Origin: Macrostomum lignano
Taxonomy: Eukaryota
DNA length: 64,000 nt
NCBI GenBank assembly: GCA_002269645.1
Contig: NIVC01002138.1
Span: 62,001-126,000 of the forward strand
Direction: 5' to 3'
The notes beneath the pieces are model-generated. The model saw only the letters and a list, made by a program, of their open reading frames with translations, was not told the origin of the DNA and searched no databases. This document shows positions 53,113 to 63,739 of the stretch, one piece after another. A program made the translations under genes and the position numbers. Position 1 is the first letter of the stretch; every line of letters begins with the position of its first letter.

Positions 53113-53459
53113 CTGAATTGTCATGGAGATACGGTTGGAGACTTCTCTATAGATAGAAATAGTGTTACAGCCCTGGTTCTACAACCCTGGATTGTAAAAT
53201 CGGCACCCATGGGCAGTGGAACCGGAACCTCTAGTCTCTAGTGATGAACCAGAACCTCCGTCCCTGGACTCCCTGGACTGGACTGGACTCCCTGGAGTCC
53301 CTGGACTTTGTATCCTCTGGTCCCTGGACATTGGATCCTCTGGTCCCTGGACTTTGGATCCTCTGATCCCTAGACTGTGGAACCGGCACCAATGGGCTGT
53401 AGATCCGGCCCATTATCCGGATACGAGACATATAAACAGAGGCTAATGTCAGATCGAAC

Positions 53460-53648
53460 CCCGAGCGCAGCGCCAATCTCAACAGCTCCGTGAAGTCGAA
53501 TCTCGCAAGCTGACAAGTTCAGTCTAACCAGCTGGCAGCTGATGGAGGCCGCGAGACTGTTGCTTCCAGCGAGAGCCGCTCCGATCAGCTGAGCGCCAGC
53601 GCTGCCCAGACGGTTGGCGCTATAGTCCAGGTCCTTGAGGGTGGACAG
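53460..53648 (-). CDS. LRRC74: LRRC74-like protein, exon 5
   Basis: CCCGCAG|CTG ... GGG|GTTCGA; encodes LSTLKDLDYSANRLGSAGAQLIG...LVRLNLSACEIRLHGAVEIGAALG. Confidence 0.87.
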
Positions 53649-53993
53649 CTGCGGGACAGAGTGGGTTACTTTGAGGGGCTTTGTCACTGCCGAAAACGAA
53701 GGCGACTATCAACCCGTGAGCACGTTCCCTGAGCACGAATACGCGCATGGACAGATTCGTGCTCACAGGCGCAGACTCACATAGGGTGCACAGAATTTCT
53801 TATCATTAGGCAGTGTGCACACTCTGTGCCTTGGTGGTTTGACCTTCGTGGTCGTGAATTGCATAACCAATTATCATGCACGAGCCCTAAATTATTGTGT
53901 TTAAATTATTAAATCGAATCCCCGGGGACTTAAGCACGAAAGACAGACGCGTTACCACTAAGCTACTCTGCTTCTCTGGTCGATTTGCCAACA

Positions 53994-54203
53994 AATTTGC
54001 CTACCACTACAGCTTTGTCTACCATTACAGCTTTGTCTACCATTACAGCTTTGCCTACCACTACAGCTTTGCCTACCACTACAGCTTTGCCTACCACTAC
54101 AGCTTTGCCTACCACTACAGCATTGCCTACCATTACAGCTTTGCCTACCACTACAGCTTTGCCTACCATTACAGATTTGCCTACCACTACAGATTTGTCT
54201 ACC
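53994..54203 (+). repeat. Intronic 18-bp minisatellite (CTACCACTACAGCTTTGC)n
   Basis: Direct reading. Confidence 0.93.
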
Positions 54204-54258
54204 ACAAGACTATCCCAGAAATGCACTTTGGTAACAGAACTCTACAAGCTCAACGAAC

Positions 54259-54402
54259 CTGCATCAAGCTGACCAGATGCTGGGCATCCCTCTCAACAAA
54301 ATCGTTGCCAGCCAGATTGAGTTTACACAGAGCGACAAATGAGCTGCACCCTTCAGCCAGCTGTGCCAGCGCCTTGCCATCGAGTCGGTTACAGCTGAGG
54401 TT
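54259..54402 (-). CDS. LRRC74: LRRC74-like protein, exon 4
   Basis: TTCGCAG|AAC ... CAG|GTTCGT; encodes NLSCNRLDGKALAQLAEGCSSFVALCKLNLAGNDFVERDAQHLVSLMQ. Confidence 0.87.
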
Positions 54403-55599
54403 CTGCGAAGTGATTGCATGGATGTGTGCGGTTGTGTAAGATTTTTGTACACACAGTATTACATTCTTTCGAGCTATTCTGGAATTATTCCTGATAGGTT
54501 GAAAGGGAAAATACCATTTTTTGATATAATGAAAGCATGTAGAATGTCAGTTAGGTATGTAAGGCATGTAATCTGACCGGTAGGCGGGTATGTGAATTTG
54601 TACGTAATGCATGTACGCAGTATAAGGATTCAATTTCATATGCATGTAGGCCTTAGGGACTATTTAGGGACTATCGTAGGAACTATTAGGAATAGGACTT
54701 AGGATTTAGGAAATTAGGGAATTGCATTGTTATCAGAGCGTGGTGGAGTGTAGCAGTTGTGGACAGCTGCACTCTTACAAAAAGCCACAAGTGCTTGATG
54801 ACGGCATTGCAAAGGGCGAGTGCAGGCCGCCCTAAAAGTCTGCTTCCACTTTAGAGGGGTTGTATGCCTTTATGTGGGGCGGGGTTCAATTACATTTTTA
54901 ACAGAGGCATTTCAGGAATCGCACGAGAAAGGGGAACCGTGAGAATCGGCCGGAATTGCGCGGTGGCTGGAAGACGTGGGAAATGATAACGCAGACAGTT
55001 TCACAGGGACTTCATCGGGGAAATTTACTATAAATAAGCGAGGGGTTAAATGCTAAAAACTTTACCTTTTCTCACTCTCTTTTCACTCTCTTTTAAACGC
55101 CTTGTATTAACTTTTGGATTGCTTAATAGTTTGCAAATCACGACGACCGCTTCTGCAGACACCTGTGACCGGAGGGTAAGACTGAGCACTGACATGACTA
55201 TAGATTTATGAATATTAGCGTATCGGTCTCAGACCAGGTAGATAGGCGTAATTTATATATATATATAATAGATTAATAGGAGTATTTGAGTAGCTTAGTT
55301 ATACCGTAGTGTCTCAGACTTATTCTCCCTGCTTGTAGCTCGCTTATTTGCTTATTAATACAAACGTTGAAAATGCAGTAGTAAATATAATTATATGGTT
55401 GATCGGTAAATAACATCCAAGCATATTCTACCTCGTTTGAGTCACTATTAATCATATGTAAGGTTCTTAGTTTGCGGCCAACTAGGAAGCTTATACGCAG
55501 GTACTCAGGTACGAGTATGTATCTATAGGCATGTAGCTAAGTAGGCATGTAGGTAGGTGCTTTAAATTCACGCAACTGTGTGTCTCTGCCCAACCTCAC

Positions 55600-55707
55600 C
55601 AGTGTTGTCAGGTTGGCCAGTTCGCTAGCTGCCGTGACCAGGGAGTCGATGGCCAGGACTGTTAGCACGTGACCAGACAGGTTGACCTCGCGCACGTTCT
55701 CTTTGCG
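55600..55707 (-). CDS. LRRC74: LRRC74-like protein, exon 3
   Basis: ATCGCAG|CGC ... CTG|GTGAGG; encodes RKENVREVNLSGHVLTVLAIDSLVTAASELANLTTL. Confidence 0.82.
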
Positions 55708-55804
55708 CTGCGATTGAACAAATGCGGGAATGGGGAAAACAGATATTAGGATGGATTTCAGTGATTCGGCAGAAATAACTATAGAAAATAGAAATAAAAG
55801 TTAC

Positions 55805-55883
55805 TGCAGGAGGGCTGTGGACACTCTAACGAAACGCCCTTGGCGACGTCGTCCCACAACCAGCGCTGACGACAATTCTGCCC
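55805..55883 (+). repeat. Dispersed repeat of about 90 bp, copy 2
   Basis: TGCAGGAGGGCTGTGG...TTGGCGACGTCGTCCCACAACCAGCGCTGACGACAATTCTGCC; aligns with copies 1 and 3. Confidence 0.7.
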
Positions 55884-56133
55884 ATTCCGTTGACTCCTGA
55901 GCACATAAGCGAGCCAATGCTGTACACAGGCACGCACTCATGCCCACGCTCACACAGGGTGTACTGCGGCTCTAAGAGTCGGAGGCATTTACCAATGAGC
56001 TGCTCTGCCACCAAGCAAGCAATCGTTGGGTTGGCTTCATCTGCAGCATCGTCTAGTCAGTTACTACTCAGCCACTCAGCTCAGCCCACCAACCAACTCA
56101 GAATCACCCGCTTAGTCACTCCGTTCTACTCAC

Positions 56134-56701
56134 CGCCAGCGGTACGCAAGCGGCCACCACGTCGCTGTCCCGCAAGCCTAGACCGGTGACGCAGATCTTG
56201 TCGCCCGAGCCGGTCAGCTGGGCTAGCACCTGGCTCAGAGCCATGACTCGCAGCCGTCGGCACGCTCGTGTGTACATCCGACCCAGACTGTTCAGCAGCG
56301 AGTTCTCCCCGGCGCTGTCGCTGTCGCTGTCGTCGTCGTCATCGTCGTCTGGACTGTCCAAACAACGGCGACGCCGCCTACCCTGTCGAGGCATGGTCGA
56401 CGGTTTCGACATACGAGCAGTCCAGGCGTCCTCCAGATCCGTGTCCGATTCTTCAGACGATTCACCAGCCAACGCCACTTCCGAGGCTTCCTGACGAGCT
56501 TTGCTGGTGACCTCTCGGACAACGGCTTGGGGCTGCTGCTGCTCCACCTGCCGATTTCTCCGCTCTTGCCGCCGCCAATGCCGCCGCCATAGCCGCCGTC
56601 GCCGATTGCTCCCGGTGTTGTCCGATGCGCCCCCGCTGGCCTGCTGCCACTCGGCCAGTTCTCGGTGGAAGTGCTCCACGGCCTCCTCCGCTTGGCCCTT
56701 G
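56134..56701 (-). CDS. LRRC74: LRRC74-like protein, exon 2
   Basis: CTCAG|C (phase 2) ... GCG|GTGAGT. Ends LGRMYTRACRRLRVMALSQVLAQL...GLGLRDSDVVAACVPLA, similar to the LRRC74 pre-LRR motif YxxACxxxxVxPxS...L...GLG. Confidence 0.82.
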
Positions 56702-57184
56702 CTGAGCTCAGAGATTATTAAACCGTCTCAGATATAAAAAGAGGCAAATTCTGTTCTGAGCATTTTTAAGTTACAAAATTTACTTGATATTTTCGTAGAC
56801 TGCCTTAAAAATTTCTCTGCAGGGGACCAAGTGCAGCCGCAACCCTGCTCAGCTTAACTCGCTCACTGGGGCTGCACTAACCATTGCCATCTCTGCTTAA
56901 CTTTCTGCGCTAGAAGTCATTTAGCTTGTCCAAAAAATCAATAAAAAATTTCGCTCGAATCAGAATGAAATTTGCTTGGTTGCAAACCTATGCGGCCTAA
57001 ACATGTCAGCCTATACATGTCGGCCTATACATGTCCATTCCTGATGTTTTTCAAGTTTGTCTAGGGTCCATCTAAGAGTCCTTGGTGTCAATCCAATACG
57101 CTATTGATGTATGGATGACATGGATCAGGCACGCCGATCAGAGGGTCCCATACTTATCCAGTAAATTTTGTTAATGCATCTTAC

Positions 57185-57246
57185 CGCCTTTTAGTTTTAG
57201 CTGCTGCATCGTTACTGTTCACTGTTGATGCCTCCTTGTAGCTCAT
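57185..57246 (-). CDS. LRRC74: LRRC74-like protein, candidate first coding exon (MSYKEASTVNSNDAAAKTKR)
   Basis: ATG plus 20 codons, then CG|GTAAGA in phase 2, matching the exon 2 acceptor. The nine exons total 1857 nt = 618 aa plus stop. Confidence 0.6.
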
Positions 57247-57657
57247 GATAGCAGATAATTCATTAATGATAATAATCAGAAAGCCAAGCTCCTGCTTGCA
57301 TAAAATGCACCAAGGAACTTTACTTCACTTAAGTGTCAAAATATAGATTAAAGTCAGCTTGAATAGTTGCCATGGGCTCCTATTTGCCCTTCCCACTCCC
57401 TTCCCCAGAGGAGATCCGCTAGCAACTGCTCCTAGCTACCGGCTGCAGGATTAAGGAAGTTCATCATCATCCTATTGAATGCTTGAAGAATGAACTGCTC
57501 CTATATGGACTATTTACTGTCATGCTATTGTTGCGGCTGTCAGGCCATTTTTTGTGCAACGCGAGGAACAGCAGCGATTTTATTAATGCACGCTCGTACG
57601 AAGGGTGTCCAGAAAGTAGTGCTACTTTTGACTGCAGATCAGGGTGGATTGAGGGTG

Positions 57658-58668
57658 TGTAGAGATTCGTTAGTCATACCGTAATGCACTGCTTAAAGTA
57701 ATATTCTAATAAAATCAATTTAAAGTCGCAATTGATTTACAATTATTCTATTTTTAGAACGAGTCATGATGAGTCATATCTACTCGTATTTTTAGAAATT
57801 CTATTTTTAGAATGAGTCACGTGCAAACAGAAGTGACTCATCTCTTCAGTGCCCTACATAGGACCGACGTTTATTTGATCAAGGAACCGGTTCTCGCGAG
57901 TTTTATTTGCTTAATTCCATATATGGTAATGATCAAACATTCATGACCTTTTAATCAAACATATGTGACCTAAGTAAAGAACCGATTTTAAACCAGTTTT
58001 TCACCAACATTTTACTATAAATATAAGCGAAAATCCGAGTCAAAAATTCAGACTCGGAGCAGTCTCAAGGAATACCTTGGAATACGTTAACCAAGAAGAC
58101 TCATCTCTGAGAGAAGAAATCCGGACAGATTGGTAAGCGTTACCCGATTTAGTTTTTTGCTACAGCACTAATAAGTTGATTAATTGAGTTTACGAGAGCC
58201 ACTTATTGTCGACACATTTGAGAAAGGCCTCCTTGTTTCCTAGGATACATTCTTAGAGGATTTATTGAGTTGATTTGAGTTATCGGTTACGTTTCTGACG
58301 TAACGAAGAAGACGCCCTTCAGGAGGACCTGTTACAGATTTAAAGAATTCAATTGTTCATAAGGGCGCACGTTCTATTGTGAATTCCGAGCTCGAGGACC
58401 GTCAAGAATTCTGATTCGCTCTCGTTCTGGTCGACCCACAGATAAAGTTAAGGACTCCAAGAGACAACAGCTGTTCACCGGAACCGGCCGCCGCCACCGC
58501 TCATCAAGCTAGCTAGCCCTACAAGCAACAAGACCCCGCCGACTACCAACTTCAAGAGGATCCGCTGCAGTAAGAGTTATTTGATTTTGTTTATACCTAG
58601 GCACTTGTTCCCCAGTGTCTAGAAGTGGGAGTTATTGAGTGACTGATCACCACCCAATAAACTCTTCA
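57658..58668 (+). mobile_element. Solo LTR (1011 bp)
   Basis: TGTAGAGATT...AAACTCTTCA termini (8/10 inverted match). TSD GGTG/GGCG (3/4). TGAGTCA/TGACTCA sites at 57770, 57813 and 57834; TATAAATA at 58016; GGTAAG at 58132; GTAAG at 58570; AATAAA at 58656. Confidence 0.78.
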
Positions 58669-60257
58669 GGCGATTCGATAGGGCGGATTGAGGACGATTC
58701 TATAGGGTGGATTGGGGGCGATTCTATAGGGTGGATGTGGATTGGGGCGATTCTATAGGGTGGATTGGGGGCGATTCTATAGGGTGGATGTGGATTGGGG
58801 GCGATTCTTTAGGGTGGATTGGGGGCGATTCTATAGGGTGGATTGGGGGCGATTCTATAGGGTGGATGTGGATTGGGGGCGATTCTTTAGGGTGGATTGG
58901 GGGCGATTCTATAGGGTGGATTGGGGGCGATTCTATAGGGTGGATGTGGATTGGGGCGATTCTTTAGGGTGGATTGGGGGCGATTCTATCGGGTGGATTG
59001 GGGGCGATTCTATAGGGTGGATTGGGGGCGATTCTATAGGGTGGATTGAGAGCGATTCTTTCGGGTGGATTAAGGGCGATTCTATAGGGTTGCTTGAGGG
59101 TGATTCTATAGGGCGGATTGAGGGCGATTCTATAGGGTGGATTGAGGACGATTCTATAGGGCGGATTGAGGACGATTCTATAGGGTGGATTGATGGCGAT
59201 TCTATAGGGTGGATTGAGGACGATTCTATAGGGTGGATTGAGGGCGATTCTATAGGGTGGATTGGGGGCGATTCTATAGGGTGGATTGAGGGCGATTCTA
59301 TAGGGTGGATTGGGGGCGATTCTATAGGGCGGATTGAGGGCGATTCGATAGGGCGGATTGAGGACGATTCTATAGGGTGGATTGGGGGCGATTCTATAGG
59401 GTGGATGTGGATTGGGGCGATTCTATAGGGTGGATTGGGGGCGATTCTTTAGGGTGGATTGGGGGCGATTCTATAGGGTGGATTGGGGGCGATTCTATAG
59501 GGTGGATGTGGATTGGGGGCGATTCTTTAGGGTGGATTGGGGGCGATTCTATCGGGTGGATTGGGGGCGATTCTATAGGGTGGATTGGGGGCGATTCTAT
59601 AGGGTGGATTGAGAGCGATTCTTTCGGGTGGATTAAGGGCGATTCTATAGGGTTGCTTGAGGGTGATTCTATAGGGCGGATTGAGGGCGATTCTATAGGG
59701 TGGATTGAGGACGATTCTATAGGGCGGATTGAGGACGATTCTATAGGGTGGATTGATGGCGATTCTATAGGGTGGATTGAGGGCGATTCTATAGGGTGGA
59801 TTGAGGGCGATTCTATAGGGCGGATTGAGGGCGATTCTATAGGGTTGATTGAGGGCGATTCTATCGGGTTGATTGAGGGCGATTCTATCGGGTGGATTAA
59901 GGGCGATTCTATCGGGTGGATTAAGAGCGATTCTATAGGGTGGATTGAGGGCGATTCTATAGGGTGGATTGAGGGCGATTCTATAGGGTGGATTGAGGGC
60001 GATTCTATAGGGTGGATTGAGGGCGATTCTATCGGGTGGATTAAGGGCGATTCTATCGGGTGAATTGAGGGCGATTCTATAGGGTTGATTGAGGGCGATT
60101 CTATAGGGTTGATTGAGGGCGATTCTATCGGGTTGATTGAGGGCGATTCTATCGGGTTGATTGAGGGCGATTCTATCGGGTGGATTAAGGGCGATTCTAT
60201 CGGGTGGATTAAGGGCGATTCTATAGGGTGGATTGAGGGCGATTCTATAGGGTGGAA
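58669..60257 (+). repeat. 24-bp minisatellite (GGGCGATTCTATAGGGTGGATTGA)n with a higher-order duplication of about 670 bp
   Basis: Direct reading; identical variant runs begin at about 58707 and 59377. Confidence 0.96.
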
Positions 60258-60851
60258 TTTAGACAACAAAATTTAGACAATTTAGACAATTTTAGTATGT
60301 TCAAAAATATTTTTTTACTTATTTATTTTAGGGTTGATGCAGTTGCTCTTTCTGGTGTAGTTGCGGTTTACTAACGAGGAGATGCGATCAAAAGTAGCAA
60401 CAATACTTTCTGGACAGACCTCGTAGCTAATTTTATTTGGCTTATGCTTTTAAATTATAATATAACATTAGTTAAATGATCTGCATTATATAAAGGTTTA
60501 AAAGCTGCGTAACTAAAGCTGAAGACTCGTATTGTTTAAGTCTTTAGAAATCAACAGTAACTGAAAGTACTCCAGCACTATAAGAAAGTATTGAAGGCCT
60601 ATTTTTTAAAAATTGCCAAAATGTAACTCTTGATGCGAGCTTTACCAAAAGTACATCCAATTAAGTAATCTATCATTCAAGTTGAATTCTAAGCTTTTCT
60701 TTTAAGCTTCGACAATTTCATTCAGTTTGAGTTCGAATCGGCCTTCAAAACATTTATGAGATTCCCCTAGAGCAGTTATGATCAGTCTGTTTAGTAAATT
60801 AGTTAAATAATGCTTGCGATTTAAAAAAGTTCATCGCGTCCTTCATTTCCA

Positions 60852-61742
60852 TCAGCTGTCTGCGGCCGGCACAATTCGAACTCGCTGCGACACGCCGAAC
60901 CGCGTGTGAAATGTGCCGGCCGTCACGAAGGCGACCTTGCTGCTGCCCTCCGGGTGCCGGAAGCCGAGGTTTCGCTGGAACACCTGGCGCAGATTCGGGA
61001 TCACGATTGGCAGCAGGTAGCGATTGTCCTTGGTGTACAGGCGCACCTTGATGCGGCCGGATAGGTAGGTGACGGCCGTGAACCGGGCCTTGAACTCGTT
61101 CTCCTCAATCACCACCTCCGCTTCCACCCGGGAGGGCCGGCCGTCCCGGCTGCCGGGCACCCGGATCTCCGTGTTGATGGCCCACGTCACCTCGGACTCC
61201 ACCGACTTCTCCGACTCCTTCTCCAAGCTGAACTCGGCGCTGAAGCCGGCGTTGAGTTCCAGGATGTCCTGCGGCAGCGCGAGCTTCAGGCCGAACTCCT
61301 GGTTGAGCACGAGGCCGCGGGTGATGCGGTAGCAGCAGCTCGAGCGGGTGGTCCTGCTGGTGTTGATGTGGTTGACGATCTCGTGCGGGCACTCGTTGGT
61401 GTACACCGTGCGGAATGCACAGCAGCTGCTGGTGCTGGGCCTCAGCGCCCGGCCCTGAGCCACCACCGTGACGGCCTCGGAGGCAAGCAGCTTGTCATCG
61501 TCGCCCTCGCCGTCGCCGCCAGCGCGGTTGGCCGCCTCAGGCTCGTAGTTGGGCACGGCGGTGACCACCTGCAGCTCGCGGGTGTCGATCTCTCGGCGCA
61601 GTTCGCCCCAGGGCAGCCGGCAGCCGAGCGACTTCTCCAAGTCCTTGCGTTCGTTCCTGTCGTAGATGGCTTCGGCAAACCTGTCAACGATGTCGTCAAG
61701 GTTGACGATCTGCTCCTTGAGTGCCGCCGGCTCGTCCGCCAT
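60852..61742 (-). CDS. Aerolysin-superfamily beta-pore-forming protein (LIN-24-like / ETX-MTX2-like pore-forming module), 296 aa
   Basis: Uninterrupted GC-rich CDS. FRTVYTN...NTSRTTRSSCCYRITRGLVLNQEFGLKL..P..ILELNAGFSAEFSL...ESEVTWAINTEIRVP...AEVVIEENEFKARF fits the LIN-24-like pattern FxTxFTN...TxRTTxSxC...LKLxxP..E.NAGF...TW..dsqIxVP...AeLVI.E. A polypyrimidine tract and acceptor CCCCAG| at 61767 indicate the track start at 61820 is intronic. Confidence 0.8.
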   Translation of the reverse strand: MADEPAALKEQIVNLDDIVDRFAEAIYDRNERKDLEKSLGCRLPWGELRREIDTRELQVVTAVPNYEPEAANRAGGDGEGDDDKLLASEAVTVVAQGRALRPSTSSCCAFRTVYTNECPHEIVNHINTSRTTRSSCCYRITRGLVLNQEFGLKLALPQDILELNAGFSAEFSLEKESEKSVESEVTWAINTEIRVPGSRDGRPSRVEAEVVIEENEFKARFTAVTYLSGRIKVRLYTKDNRYLLPIVIPNLRQVFQRNLGFRHPEGSSKVAFVTAGTFHTRFGVSQRVRIVPAADS

Positions 61743-62061
61743 GACCGCCCGAGTTCCAGCCGTGTTGCTGGGGTGGAGGCAACGGGAAAGAAGAATGAAA
61801 TTAGGGGATCGGAGATCCACCCTGCCAGTCTGTATTTAATGCCGAACCGATCGATCGGACTCCTGCCCTCCCAGCCCCAGCAGGCATTTCATAGGGAAGC
61901 CCAGAATGACTCTTGTTTTCCTCTCTCTCATTTCCTTGCCGCCCCAAGGCTTGGCAACAACCGGGGGCGCATTTTTTCGGAGAAGCCTCTCCAGTCTGCT
62001 GCTCAGATTAATAATCCCGCCTTCACCCTGAGCAGTCAATCTGATTTTTTCGATCGGCCAC

Positions 62062-62092
<31 letters not shown>

Positions 62093-62898
62093 CGATAAGC
62101 ATGCAGTGTGTAGGAGAATTCCCCAATACAAGCTGCGAGCCTGACTGAGCTATATTTGCCGCACAATAATGCACCGTGTGGAACTCTGTGTGGAAGAGCT
62201 GACTGTATTAACAATTCGAAGCAGTTCTGTTCAATATACGAAGCAAAAGAATCCCAATAATTTGAATATACGTAATATTTACCAACTTTGCAAACAAAAT
62301 GCACAGAGCCTAAGGATTCTGTCAAATATAAAATAATAACAAAATTAATAATTATTCAAATCACCAAAATATGAAAGTTACCTTTTGATATTTACCTAAG
62401 AGTCACTGGATGGCAGACCTGCAGAGGATAGTTTAAGTTGGCAACAGAAAGATTCGCGGAAGAGAATAAAAACTTGTGCAGTTTGATTCCAGACTGGTCA
62501 GGCCAATCTAAACGCGAAAACTATGCAGATGAAAGCGATAAAACAAAGTCTTTGTTAAGTGTTTCTGGTTTAGTTTCTGCTGGCACACTGCAAATAAATG
62601 AGTAAACCTGCTTCTGCAGATTAAAGACAATTTCTTAAAAAAAGCTGCTTTTTCGACGTGTTGTCTTTCTTCTACGTGTATAGTTTCCTAGAAATGATGC
62701 GATGCTGTCCGAATAAAAATGTTAGGGCAAACTACTTGTAGTAGCTAGTGCGAACATATTTGCAAGCGAGTTTATGTAGCGGTTTCAATGCGCACTTATA
62801 TCTTTCAAGTTATGACTCCTTTGACAACCGCTGATAATAATAAAATAATAGTAATAATAATAATAATAATGATAATAGTCACAATATTACCAATCGCT

Positions 62899-62994
62899 TG
62901 CAGGAAGGCCGTAGGCACCCTGGAGCAACGATTTCTTTGGCGACATCATCCTACAACCAGCGCTGACGGCAAATCTGCCAATCCTGAGCACATA
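62899..62994 (+). repeat. Dispersed repeat of about 90 bp, copy 3
   Basis: TGCAGGAAGGCCGTAGG...TTGGCGACATCATCCTACAACCAGCGCTGACGGCAAATCTGCCAATCCTGAGCACATA. Confidence 0.7.
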
Positions 62995-63008
62995 CAAGCA
63001 CGCCAAAA

Positions 63009-63306
63009 TCATGAGTGTGCATCATGAGTGTGAATCAGGAGTGTGAATCATGAGTGTGAATCATGAGTGTGAATCATGAGTGTGAATCATGAGTGTGAAT
63101 CATGAGTGTGAATCATGAGTGTGAATCATGAGTGTGAATCATGAGTGTGAATCATGAGTGTGAATCATGAGTGTGAATCATGAATGTGAATCATGAGTGT
63201 GAATCATGAGTGTGAATCATGAGTGTGAATCATGAATGTGAATCATGAGTGTGAATCATGAGTGTGAATCATGAGTGTGAATCATGAGTGTGAGTCATGA
63301 GTGTGA
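63009..63306 (+). repeat. 13-bp minisatellite (CATGAGTGTGAAT)n
   Basis: Direct reading. Confidence 0.96.
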
Positions 63307-63739
63307 AACACGCTCACCGATGAGGCATCACTTTGCCTTTGACAAGCGCAAAGTCACCAGTGAAATCTTGATTTTGTTTTTGGTAAAAGTCGAATTAGTA
63401 GAAATTACAAGTCTGTTTTCTTCAAACTCCATACTAAGCTACTTAAAGTAGCTAGATCTGATCTCAATAGCACTGGGCGAGTCTGACTCAAAATCCGGCT
63501 TACAGGCAGATCTCAGCATTGGAGCAGCTCCATCCTGTCACGGACTAAAGATAGAGGAGATGTTCAATTCCAATAGCCGAGAGGGGGACGCGTGCGAACT
63601 CTGAGGCGTATGGAGAGAGAGAAAGTCTGTGCAAATACTGAGGAAGAGAGGTAGACACTGAGAAAGTTTGGAGAGGCAAGGGGTTGATTCTGAGATGACT
63701 TGGAGAATATGAGATATAGACACTCAGATTGCTAGGATA

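Noticed and set aside
54650-54720. Short TTAGGG/TTAGGA-like cluster as an interstitial telomeric sequence
   Set aside because: Only about 70 bp, highly degenerate, and consistent with ordinary low-complexity intronic DNA.
58707-60276. ORFs (GDSIGWIE)n and (HPIESPSI)n
   Set aside because: Translation of a 24-bp minisatellite.
7161-61742. Operon or functional cluster of four co-oriented genes
   Set aside because: Intergenic distances are several kb to more than 10 kb and filled with repeats, the functions are unrelated, and four of four on one strand is not improbable by chance.
61368-62144. 258-aa plus-strand ORF
   Set aside because: Antisense shadow of the GC-rich pore-forming protein CDS, with no recognisable motifs.
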